Below are positions 21,741-31,100 of a stretch of 63,698 nucleotides of DNA, in pieces (position 1 is the stretch's first letter; every line of letters begins with the position of its first letter). The DNA is taken from the NCBI GenBank assembly GCA_013416795.1, contig RQSC01000854.1, forward strand, positions 27,597 to 91,294, written 5' to 3'. The notes under the pieces are model-generated. The model was not told where the DNA came from, made no database searches, and saw only the letters and a list, made by a program, of their open reading frames with translations. This DNA is from Prasinococcaceae sp. CCMP 1430. Lineage: Eukaryota > Plantae > Prasinodermophyta. Position numbers and translations under genes: made by a program.

Positions 21741-23350
21741 ATGGGGTTTGATGATGATGCGAGCGCGCACGCGTGGCGAAAGTGGCGGGCGGAAAGCGCG
21801 CGTCGCGCGGCGCTGGCGCTGGCGGCGCGGGCGCGCGCAACCGCGCGGAGGGCCGCCGCCGCGAGAGCGAGCTCCGCCGGCGCGAGCTCCCGCGCCGGCG
21901 CCGCGAGGAGCGCTACGAGGAGCGATACGACCCCTACGAGGAGCGCTACGACCCTTACGAGGAGCGATACGACTCCTACGAGCAGCGATACGAGCCCTAC
22001 GAGGAGCGCTACGAGGACCGGTACGAGCGGCGCCGCGAGGGGCGCGACGAGGCGCGGTACGTGCGCGCGGGCGTCGCGCGAAAGTGCCGCGCCATCACTC
22101 CGCATGCGTTTTTGAATAGTGACCGCCCGCGTGGCGGTCCCGCGCAAAAGCCGCGGGGCGGGGGTGGTGGGTTGGGGGGGAAGCTGCGGAGGGGAAGGGG
22201 GTGGGTGATGCGGGGTGGGCGGCGTGCGGGTGGGGTGCGGCGCGCCGCGGCGAGAGCTCGGGAAGGGGATTGGGAGGAAGATCGGGGTGGGTGCGTGGGG
22301 ACGCGCTTGCCGGGGCGGCGAAGCGCGCGGGCGCACGAGAGCGTGCCGCCAACAAATGCGCGCCCAAGAAGCGCGGGGGTTGTCGGGCGCGGCCCAAGCC
22401 TGGGGGCGGAGCTCAGGGCATGCATGCTGGTGCTCATGCACCCCGCCTTTCTTTTCGCCGCTGGCGGTGCCGCGCAGCGTTGCGCTGCGTTGCGCCGCAC
22501 AACTCATCCCACCCAGCCCTGCTCCTCACGGACCCTGCGCATGCACCGTTGTTGCGTTGCGCTTGGTGCTGACTGTCTCTGCATGCTGCCTCGACTGTTC
22601 CGTCGCGCTGGGTACCCCGCTCTACCTCCTCTGATCCTCAACTCAACCCACCCACCTACGCGCGTGTCCGAACAGCTGCCACGCGCGCCATGTGGGGCCG
22701 TGGCGAGCAAACGGAGGCTGAGCACAACTACGTTGTGCTGTGGCCGACGTCGTTCAGCGAGGTGCGCGGCGCCGCTTCGCCCTGCGCGTACTGCGCTCGA
22801 GCGAGCGCAGGCGCAAGTGAGCGAGAGGGCGCGCTGGCGCGCTCGCTTGATCGCTGTCATGCCCGCTCGTTGGCGCCTTCCTGACAACCGCTCGTCCCCT
22901 GGTCTGTCGCGCCTCGTTCGCCGCTTCGCGACCCCCGCAACCTGTGTTGTGCACGCTCGGCAGTGTGCGAGTGCCATCTCGCAGCTCAAGGAGGGCAGCA
23001 CGGTGGTGATCAACCTATCGGCTATCGGCAGCGTGGATGAGCAGCAGCGCTCCATCGACTTCGTGGCGGGGGGGTGCTACGCGATGGACGGCCACCAGGA
23101 GTGCCTCGCGGAGGGCGTCTTCCTCTTCGCGCCCAGCGACATGCCAGTCGCCACGGCCAGCTCGCGGCGAGATGCGCTCGTATCGCTTGCGAAGGTGGGT
23201 GGAGACGAACACGGGGAGATCGACCAGCAACACATGCAGCAGCACATGCAGCAGGAGCAGCAGCAGCAGGACTTCGGCGCGGAGCAACCGCCTCGGCAGC
23301 ACGGAGGGCACGACAGCGCGGGTAGCCACCCACCCGGCGCAACATACTGA
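21741..23350 (+). CDS. sepF: Nuclear-encoded cyanobacterial-type SepF (FtsZ membrane anchor). Exons ~21741-22056 (frame uncertain), 22676-22761, 22964-23350
   Basis: Spliced core YVVLWPTSFSE|CASAISQLKEGSTVVINL...QQRSIDFVAGGCYAMDGHQECLAEGVFLFAPS matches the cyanobacterial SepF consensus (EPRSFEE..ALRERKSVVLNL..AQRAVDFVAGG.YA.DGHQER.GE.IFLFTP). Canonical splice sites GAG|GTGCGC and GCAG|TGT. Confidence 0.88.
21905..22030 (+). repeat. Imperfect 21-nt tandem repeat (TACGAGGAGCGCTACGACCCC-like; YEERYDP in one frame)
   Basis: About 5 degenerate units visible. Confidence 0.85.
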
Positions 23351-23770
23351 GCCGCACGGCATCGGAGCGGAGTGATGAGGTCGCGCCACGTACGCGCCTG
23401 CTTGCGGCGGGTTCCCATTTCACGGCGCGCGCGTGCGTACAAGATTGCACCGAACCCCTGCGCTGGCCCTCAGGTCAGCCAGTGCTAAGAACACTTCGTA
23501 TACTCGGGGACCACTGCTGCGGCGCGCTCGGCGATGGAAGACAGCCACCCTGCGCGAACGTGGGCAGAACCCCACCCAGCGCACGCGCCCGTCGAGCACA
23601 CACACCCGCGTCTTGCGTGGGTGGCACATCCGAGCGCTGTGCCGCCGTGCGCCTCGTGCCGTGCCAGCGTCCCGGCGGCCTCGGCGCCCCGGCGGCCTCG
23701 GCGCCCCGGCATGCGCGGCCGCCCCTCCAGCAGGGCTTCGACCGATGTCCCCCTGCCGGGACCCGCTCTG

Positions 23771-23804
23771 TTAGGGTTGCATTTAGGGTTAAGTTTATAG
23801 GGTT
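23771..23804. promoter_or_regulatory. Cluster of telomere-like TTAGGGTT/TTTAGGG motifs (telo-box-like) upstream of a gene start
   Basis: Three copies in 34 nt in an AT-richer island. Related motifs at 21492, 48446, 51879, 51900 and 60624. Confidence 0.55.
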
Positions 23805-23829
23805 CGATTGAGTCCCAATCCCAGGGGTC

Positions 23830-24290
23830 ATGGACGCGTGCATGCGCGCGACACGCGTCGCTGGGTCCGTCGCTGTCGCCTGCGTTTTGATGGCGCCGCG
23901 TTCCCCCGGCGGTCTTTGGTTGGCCTCGCGCACTCTCGAGTCGCTCGCGCTTGGGCCGCGCTCCTCCCCTCCCCAACACCACCAACAGCAACAACACCCC
24001 GCCGAGTACTGCGCGTCGCTGTCCTCCGTGCGCGCGGCCGCCCGCCGCATCGCGCCCCACGTGCGCCGCACGCCCGTGCTGCGCTCCCCCCGGCTCGACG
24101 CCCTCACCCCCACCGAGGCGCGCCTGTACTTCAAGGCGGAGGCGCTGCAGGTGTCGGGCTCGTTCAAGTACCGTGGGGCGTGCAACGCGGTGTTCTCCCT
24201 GTCCGCGCGCGACGCCGCGCGCGGCGTGACGACGCACAGCAGCGGCAACCACGCGGCGGCGCTCGCGGCGGCGGCCGCGGCGAAAGGGGG
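23830..24290 (+). pseudogene. Serine racemase/threonine dehydratase family (PLP fold II), N-terminal part only; truncated or misassembled
   Basis: VRRTPVLRS, LYFKAEALQVSGSFKYRGACNA (PLP lysine motif), GVTTHSSGNHAAALA. Similarity ends at a poly-G tract and the remainder is not found. Confidence 0.75.
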
Positions 24291-24666
24291 GGGGAGCCGC
24301 GCGTGGGGGCGGAAGGGGAGGGGGGGGGAGCGAGAGAGGAACGCGGTGGCTGTGCTTGCGATCGCGCTTGTGCGAGCGTGCTTGTGCATGCGTGCGTGTG
24401 TCGCCGTGGGAGCAAGGGCGCGGCAGTGCGCGGCGACCGCGCGCGCGCGCGCGCGGCCCGCTGCTGCCAGATCGCGCGCACCCGGCGCTCGGCAGCGCAG
24501 ACGTTCGCGCGCGGCGGCTCAGAACGCACGCCCGGCGCGGCGGGTGCGCGGGCGGGCGCAGGCGGGTGCGCACAGAGGGCTTGGCGAGGGGGTGTGACAG
24601 CTGGCTCAGCTACACTGCGCCGACCCAACGTCACGCAGTCGCTGACCGCCACCAGCGACGCCCGCA

Positions 24667-27630
24667 ATGGGCTCGGCGGAGGCGACCGATCGCGTGCGCG
24701 TGTATGCGCGCGTGCGACCGGCCTCGCTCAGGGATGGCCCAGCGGTGGTGAGTGCGAGTGAGGACAGGCGCACGCTCATCTTCGGCAAGGGGTGCAACCC
24801 CGCGGGCGGAAACCTCGAGGCGGAAGGTCTGGAGGGCGCTGGCGCGCCCTCGCACGGGGCGACCGCCGGCGGCCGCGCCGCCGCCGGCCGCACGTTTGAA
24901 TACGACCGCGTGTTCGGCGGCGACACCACGCAGGCGGAAGTCTTCGACGAGCTCGGAGCACCGCTGCTGGCGGACGTGCTGGCAGGCTACGACGCGTGTG
25001 CGTTGGCGTACGGGCAGACCGGCGCTGGGAAGACGCACTCCCTGCTCGCGACAGGAGATAAGGACAAGGACGGCGCCGGAGCGGGCCTCCTGCCCCGGCT
25101 GGCTGCCGGCCTCTTCGTGGGCGTCGAGTGCGACCCGCGGCATGTGTACAGCGTGTCGGTGTCGATGTGCCAAATATACTGTGAGCAGATCGATGATCTG
25201 CTGAAGCCCAAGAACACGAACATGCGGCTCGTGCAGACGCACGACGCCGAGGGCGGGGGCGGCTGGGAGGTCAAGGGGCTGAGCTGGTACGAGTGCAAAA
25301 GCGCCGACTTCCTACTGAGCGTCATCCGCAACGGCCAGCGGCGGATCACCTACGCTGAAACAAGCCTCAACAAACACTCGTCTCGTGCGCACGCCGTCAT
25401 ACAGCTTCGAGTCATGCGGCGCAGGCGCATGGCCGCGAAGCAGGGCAAGAATCTGCAAGCCAGCTTGGAGAGGCAGGACAGCGCCAAGCGCGCGGTCCGC
25501 GCGACGCGCGGTCGGCTCACGGTGGTCGACCTGGCGGGCAGCGAGCGCGTCAAGCGCTCACTGGCGGAGGGAGCGCGCATGCGCGAGGCCCAGAACATCA
25601 ACACGTCGCTGTTTGCCTTCGGCAAGGTGGTGAATGCTTTGGCAACGCGCGCACCGCACGTGCCCTTCCGGGACTCGGTGCTCACGCGCCTGCTGGAGGA
25701 CCGAATGCGTGGCAACTGCAACACGCGGATGCTCGTGTGCGTGTCGCCCTCGGCCGCGTCGGCGGGCGAGAGCTTGGGCACTGCCGAGTTCGCCGCGCGC
25801 GCGATGCGCATCGCGGTGGATGCGAGCGTGAACGAGACAGAGATGCTGGTGGACGCCCGCGACCTCGTCGGCGACCTCGCTGTGGGCATGCTGCGAGACA
25901 GCATGGCCGCCGCCTCCGACGCAGAGATCTCGCAGCTGGAGGCCGCCCTCGCCGACGAGGAGGCCAAGCGCATGGGCGCCGAGGCGCGCCTGCAGATGGA
26001 GGCGCGAGCGCTTCGCGAGGCGTGCGAGGAGGTCATGGCGCACGAGCAGGAGGCTGCCATCGCCAGCGAGAGGGCGCACAAGGCAGAAGCTGCGGCCGCC
26101 GAGGCGCTGCGTCTCGCGCAAGATGCGGCGACCGACGCACAGGACGCCAAGAGGGATGCGGACGAGGCGACGCACGCGGCGGATGAGGCGCGCGCAGAGT
26201 GTGCGCAGTGGAAGCTGCGCGCGGAAGGGGCGGAACGAGAGCGCGGCGAAGCGCTGCGCTCGGCTGCATCTGCGGAGGTCGGCGCCGACACGCTGCGCGA
26301 AGAGTGCGCCGCATTGCGCGCGTCGGTATTGCGCGAGAAGGAGCGCTCGAGCGCGCTCGAGGCGGCGCTCGCACGCTCTGCGGAGACGACCTCGCGCGCG
26401 CATGAGCAGCTCGCGCGGGCGAGAGAGGTGTCTGCTGCTGGAGCGGAAGCTGCGCAGGAGGAGCTGAGCCTGGTGCACGCTGAGCTCGAGCACTCGCGCT
26501 CGGACGCAGCAGGCGCCCTCGAAAGCGCGCGTGCAGAGCGTCGCCGCGCAGACGTGGCCGAGGCCACCGCGGGCGAGCTCGCACGCGAGGCCAGGGCAGC
26601 GCATGTCGACCTCCGCCAGGCGGCCGCCGAATGTGCCGCGACCGCGAATGCGCTGCGTGCTGCGCGCCGCTCAGCGTCGGAGGCGGCCGACAAGGTTCGG
26701 CGCGCGGAAATCGCGCTCGAACAGGCATACGACGCCGCCGGCGAAGCCGAACAGGGGACCATCGACGCGCTCAAGGCAGAACTGGCAGGCACACAGCTTG
26801 AGGTGCGCCGCCTGGAACAGCGCGCCACGGAAGAAGAGGAGGCGTACGCCGTAGCGCGTGCGCGCATCACGAGCCTGGTTCATGACCTTAGCCGCGAAGG
26901 CTTCGAGTACCGCGCAAAGGTATCGGGGGATGCCGCCGCCGCCAAGCGCTCGCTGGACGCCACGCGAGGGCGCGTAGTGGACCTCGAGGAGACACTGGCG
27001 GGCGCCGAAGCAATCAGAAACGCGCTGCGCACCAGCGCGACTGGAGCAGAGGCGCAGGCGGCCATGTGGCGTTCGGCGGCGGTGGCAGCGGCGCACTCGG
27101 GCGTGCTGACCAGCAAACACTGCCGGGACGGCAAGCAGAGGCTCAGGGTGGTGCGCATCGTGCCGGGCGACGGAGCCGCAGACGGGTGTGACGGTGCGCG
27201 TGTCGAGTGGGCGTCGGTTGGGCCCTTCAAGCGCGGTGTGGGCCTTTCGGAGGCGGCAGTGTTGCCAGAGGCTGCGGAGGCGGCCGGCGCCGATCCTCAT
27301 TCGCCGCGCGCATCGAGCGCGCTCGTGCGCCTGAGCACGGCCTCCAGGCTTCTCGAGCTGGACTTTGGCGCGCCGGCGTGCGCGGCGGTGGCGCACGCGG
27401 CGCTCGAGGCGCTCGGGGTGGCGTCCCTGGTGGGCGAGCCGCAGCTCACGCCGGACTCAGCGGCGAGCGCGGGCCTCAGGAGCGCCCCGTGGGCCCCACC
27501 CGCCCACGAGCCCGGCTCTCCCGCCGGCGCTCCCCCCGCGGACGTCTCGGCGATCGGCGCCGAAGCCAAGGCAACGGCAGCAGCGATGCTCGCGCCACCT
27601 ATCCATGTGTCGCCCTGCAAGGCAGGCTAG
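24667..27630 (+). CDS. N-terminal motor kinesin with long coiled coil and C-terminal PH-like domain
   Basis: VRVYARVRP, AYGQTGAGKTH (P-loop), NKHSSRAH, VDLAGSER, HVPFRDSVLTRLL; Ala/Glu/Arg coiled coil. Confidence 0.95.
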   Translation: MGSAEATDRVRVYARVRPASLRDGPAVVSASEDRRTLIFGKGCNPAGGNLEAEGLEGAGAPSHGATAGGRAAAGRTFEYDRVFGGDTTQAEVFDELGAPLLADVLAGYDACALAYGQTGAGKTHSLLATGDKDKDGAGAGLLPRLAAGLFVGVECDPRHVYSVSVSMCQIYCEQIDDLLKPKNTNMRLVQTHDAEGGGGWEVKGLSWYECKSADFLLSVIRNGQRRITYAETSLNKHSSRAHAVIQLRVMRRRRMAAKQGKNLQASLERQDSAKRAVRATRGRLTVVDLAGSERVKRSLAEGARMREAQNINTSLFAFGKVVNALATRAPHVPFRDSVLTRLLEDRMRGNCNTRMLVCVSPSAASAGESLGTAEFAARAMRIAVDASVNETEMLVDARDLVGDLAVGMLRDSMAAASDAEISQLEAALADEEAKRMGAEARLQMEARALREACEEVMAHEQEAAIASERAHKAEAAAAEALRLAQDAATDAQDAKRDADEATHAADEARAECAQWKLRAEGAERERGEALRSAASAEVGADTLREECAALRASVLREKERSSALEAALARSAETTSRAHEQLARAREVSAAGAEAAQEELSLVHAELEHSRSDAAGALESARAERRRADVAEATAGELAREARAAHVDLRQAAAECAATANALRAARRSASEAADKVRRAEIALEQAYDAAGEAEQGTIDALKAELAGTQLEVRRLEQRATEEEEAYAVARARITSLVHDLSREGFEYRAKVSGDAAAAKRSLDATRGRVVDLEETLAGAEAIRNALRTSATGAEAQAAMWRSAAVAAAHSGVLTSKHCRDGKQRLRVVRIVPGDGAADGCDGARVEWASVGPFKRGVGLSEAAVLPEAAEAAGADPHSPRASSALVRLSTASRLLELDFGAPACAAVAHAALEALGVASLVGEPQLTPDSAASAGLRSAPWAPPAHEPGSPAGAPPADVSAIGAEAKATAAAMLAPPIHVSPCKAG

Positions 27631-28196
27631 TGAAGAACGAGCCCGCGGGCGCGCACGCCGTGGGACAAGGTGAGGCCCCGTGGGGCGGCCCGCATTCGCC
27701 GGCCCGCCCGCCCACCCAGCGCCGCAGTCATAGCGCACAAGCCGTGGCGCTGCACGCGTGGCGCCGTCGTAACACGTGTATGTATCGATACCTACCCACT
27801 CTAGGTGCATATCGCCACCCAGCAGGAGGAGCAGAGGACGAAGCAGGCCGCTGACGTGCGCTCGAAGATGGCGGAGCTGCGACACTAAGCGAAGGAGCTC
27901 GCACCCAACATCCGTCAGTTGGTTGCAGGCCAGCGCAAACAGCCCACGCGCGCGAAGAAACTGCCAATTGCAATTGCCGGCGGTTGCGGCCAATCTGATT
28001 GGAATTCGCTGCGTTCGCGCGGCGGGTGTTGGTTTTTTTTTCCCCCCCGTTTTTTTGGCGGGAGGCGATGCGATGGCGATTGATCGCAGGGGGGGTAGCG
28101 CGCCGGCCGGTGCCACACCTGTCGCGGCGGGCGTGGGGGGGGGAGGCGAGCGGGGGCCGCGCGCGGCGCGAGGGCCGCCGCCGCGCGGCAGCCGAC

Positions 28197-31100
28197 ATGC
28201 GGCCGCCTGAGCACGAGGTCATCGTCATCGACTCGTCGTCGGACGATGACGAGCCCGCCCCGAAGCGTGCGCGCGCGGCCGCGGAAGACAGCGATAGCGA
28301 CGGAGACGTCGTTATTCTCGACGAGGTGTGTGCGCGGCGAGGGCGCCGGAGTGCGCTGCTGATGCGCAGCAATGAAGGGCGGAGCTGGGGGAGAGGGATG
28401 CGCGCAGTGGTGGCACGCTGCTCTGCGTTGCTGACGCGAGCGACGTCGCCGGCACGCGGACGCTGTGGCTGCCGCGATCGCCCCGCGCCGCACTACCTCG
28501 CCTGCGATGCGACTTCAGGCGCCGCACGCGCAGGACCCGGCGCCTGAGGCGAACGCGCTCGGTGGTGATGGAGACGATGATCTGATGATGACGGGAGCGA
28601 CAGGCGTGGTCGCGACGCGCGACCTACCGCACGCGAGGTGCCACTGCGGTGTGCACGTCTTCGACCCGTCGCCACGTGCGAAGTCGCACGCAGCCGCATG
28701 CGACAATTGGTGCGCAGCGCTGCTGCGGCGCGCCACACGGCGCCAAAACGGCCCTTGGCCCGAATCGCTGACGCGCGGTGCGGCGCTTGGCTCCACCTGA
28801 TGCAGCTTCTGCTACGTGTGTGACGTGCCAGCCAGCGAGTGCGACCAGTGGGGCCGCGGCAACAATGCACTCGACCATTGTCATGCCACCCCTTCCTCGT
28901 CAACGTGGCAGGGGCGCCGCCTGCTTGCGCGCCAGCGGACGGCAGCTGCCGCAGCAGCCGATGCGGGTGCATCCGGCGCTGGACCCATTGCCGCCTCGGC
29001 ACCGAGGCACGCGACCGGAGGCGGCGGCAGTGGCCAGCACCACTGGCCTTTATCTGCACCCCAGCCGTCGAGCCCAGTGTATTCCGCATATCACCAGTCC
29101 GACTACGAGAAGGAGCTCGCCAATCCAGCGACCGATGCGTCGCTAGTACATCTCGGCACGCTCGTATTCGACGTCGAACTGGACAAATCTTCGTACGCAC
29201 GTAGGCAGGGAGCACCAGCGAGCATCTCGTCGCTCGCGACCAAGCTGGCGCCGTACGGCTTTCGATACGGACTGGGAATTCCGCACCGCCTCCGTGGCCA
29301 GCGGCCCAGACGCAAGAACGGCAAGCTCGACCTCGACGCTTTGTGCCACAAACTGGAGATTAAGAGCATCCGTGGGCAGCCGGGCTGCGACGTGCCCACC
29401 CTGCCGGTGGCCTCTTCGAAGGAGATGATGGTTGTCCTTCTTGACGCCAAAGGCAGGAACCACGTGCTTCCCGTGAGCGTGGACGTCTCGTGGACTCACA
29501 GGCGCATGCTGGAGACATGCGCAGGCGCGTGCCGGGCGCACATGCCGCCCTCGATGAGCGTCGGCATGCTCTTTCCGAGCGCGACTCTGGACACAACCAC
29601 CCACACTTTTGGGCGCGAAGTCTGCTGCTCTTCATCTCAATGGACCTCCCGTCTCGACACCAAGGTTGAGAACGCAATCGATAACTACCTGTGGGTTCGC
29701 GCGTTCGTCCTGCCAGAGGCCAACGTCACGCCTAACCACACTATCATCGATGCAATCACGGTCAATGTCTTGCGACGCGATCGACATGCTGGCACGCGAA
29801 GTGATATCGGTCGCCTTCTGTGCAAGATGCCGGAAAAGGAGCGAGAGAAGATGTGCGAGGGCACCGGTGGCGGCGACACGAACGACTCCTGCTTGGGGTA
29901 CCTGTTTGAGGACCTTGCATCCGTCGTCGTGCCCAGGCCAAAGAAGGGTACTTCTGTGGAGGCAGCGGCGAAGCTGATCAAAGCGTCCGCCGTCGCATTG
30001 CTTGGGGGGGACTCAAGCGCTCCGCACTGCCGTCTGTACCAGAATTACACGAACTATAGCACGGAGCCCTCGAGGCTGTTCTCGAAGGAGACTGTACAGG
30101 GTGGATCTCACTACTACAATTATGGATGGCCCTACGTTGACGATTACCACGACGATTACCACGACGATCACCCGCGGCGCAAGACAGTGACCGACTGGCG
30201 CACGCGTAAGTTCGCGAATCTCGTCTTCGAGGTCTGGAGCACGGGCAAGACTGTGAAGCCCGCGCCTCTGCCACCTGCAAGCATGCCACGCAAAATGAAG
30301 AGCCTCAGCGTCAAGGAGGCCACGCGGAATGCTTCTTGCATTGATCGCATTGTGTCAGCGCACCGTGCTCGGCAGGCCGAGAAGCAACGTAGAATGCAAA
30401 CTGCGACGATGGCGAGGCACGTGTACTCCAACTTGGTGAAGGCGTCGAGCCTGTCATCCCGCATCGAGGAGGACTACCCCAGCCTCGTCAACAAGACTCC
30501 TGCGTTTCGTACCGCCTTTTCCCTTTCCGCTTTGGAAGCAGCATCGGGCATCGCAGAGAAGGAGCCAGGCGAGCTAACGATCAAGGTGTATGTGGCGGCT
30601 CCGGGCAAGGCAGACCAGGTCCGTCCCGCCATGTCGGAGGTCTTCGTCGTGCCGAATCAGTCTAACACATGGGCGAGAGCGCGCCTGCCCGGGCGGCGCG
30701 CGAGCGAGCCAGACATACACAGTGAGAGGATCGACCCGGTGGTCAGGGCGGTGATGTATGCCGGGCGCGATGGCGCTGAGCTTCGCAAGCAATGTCGGCT
30801 GATTGGGCGCATCAAGACACCAGAAGAGCTCGAGGCCGCAGAGAAGGAGACGAAGGGCCGCGCGAGCTCTCAAGCAGACGGTGCCAGCGGCAGCGGCGCC
30901 GGCGCCGGCGGCGGCCAGGACATTCCACGCGCAGGAGAGGACGACGGCGATGACACGCCGTGTGATGATGACTACAGCCACGTTCCGACGTACGACAACT
31001 ACGGCGTCTACTACGATCCTTACAGAAGCCGTGTGTCTTTGAAGGACTTCCTTGACATGTCGGTCGCGGAGGAGAGGCCTCAGACAACGCAGCCGGCTGG

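Noticed and set aside
21905-22030. Array-like 21-nt repeats
   Set aside because: Contiguous, codon-periodic and without spacers; a coding tandem repeat.
21773-23350. 525-aa ORF as a single protein
   Set aside because: It reads through two introns and misses exon 2, which is in another frame.
23771-23804. True telomere or chromosome fusion scar
   Set aside because: Only three degenerate, spaced units; better explained as promoter motifs.
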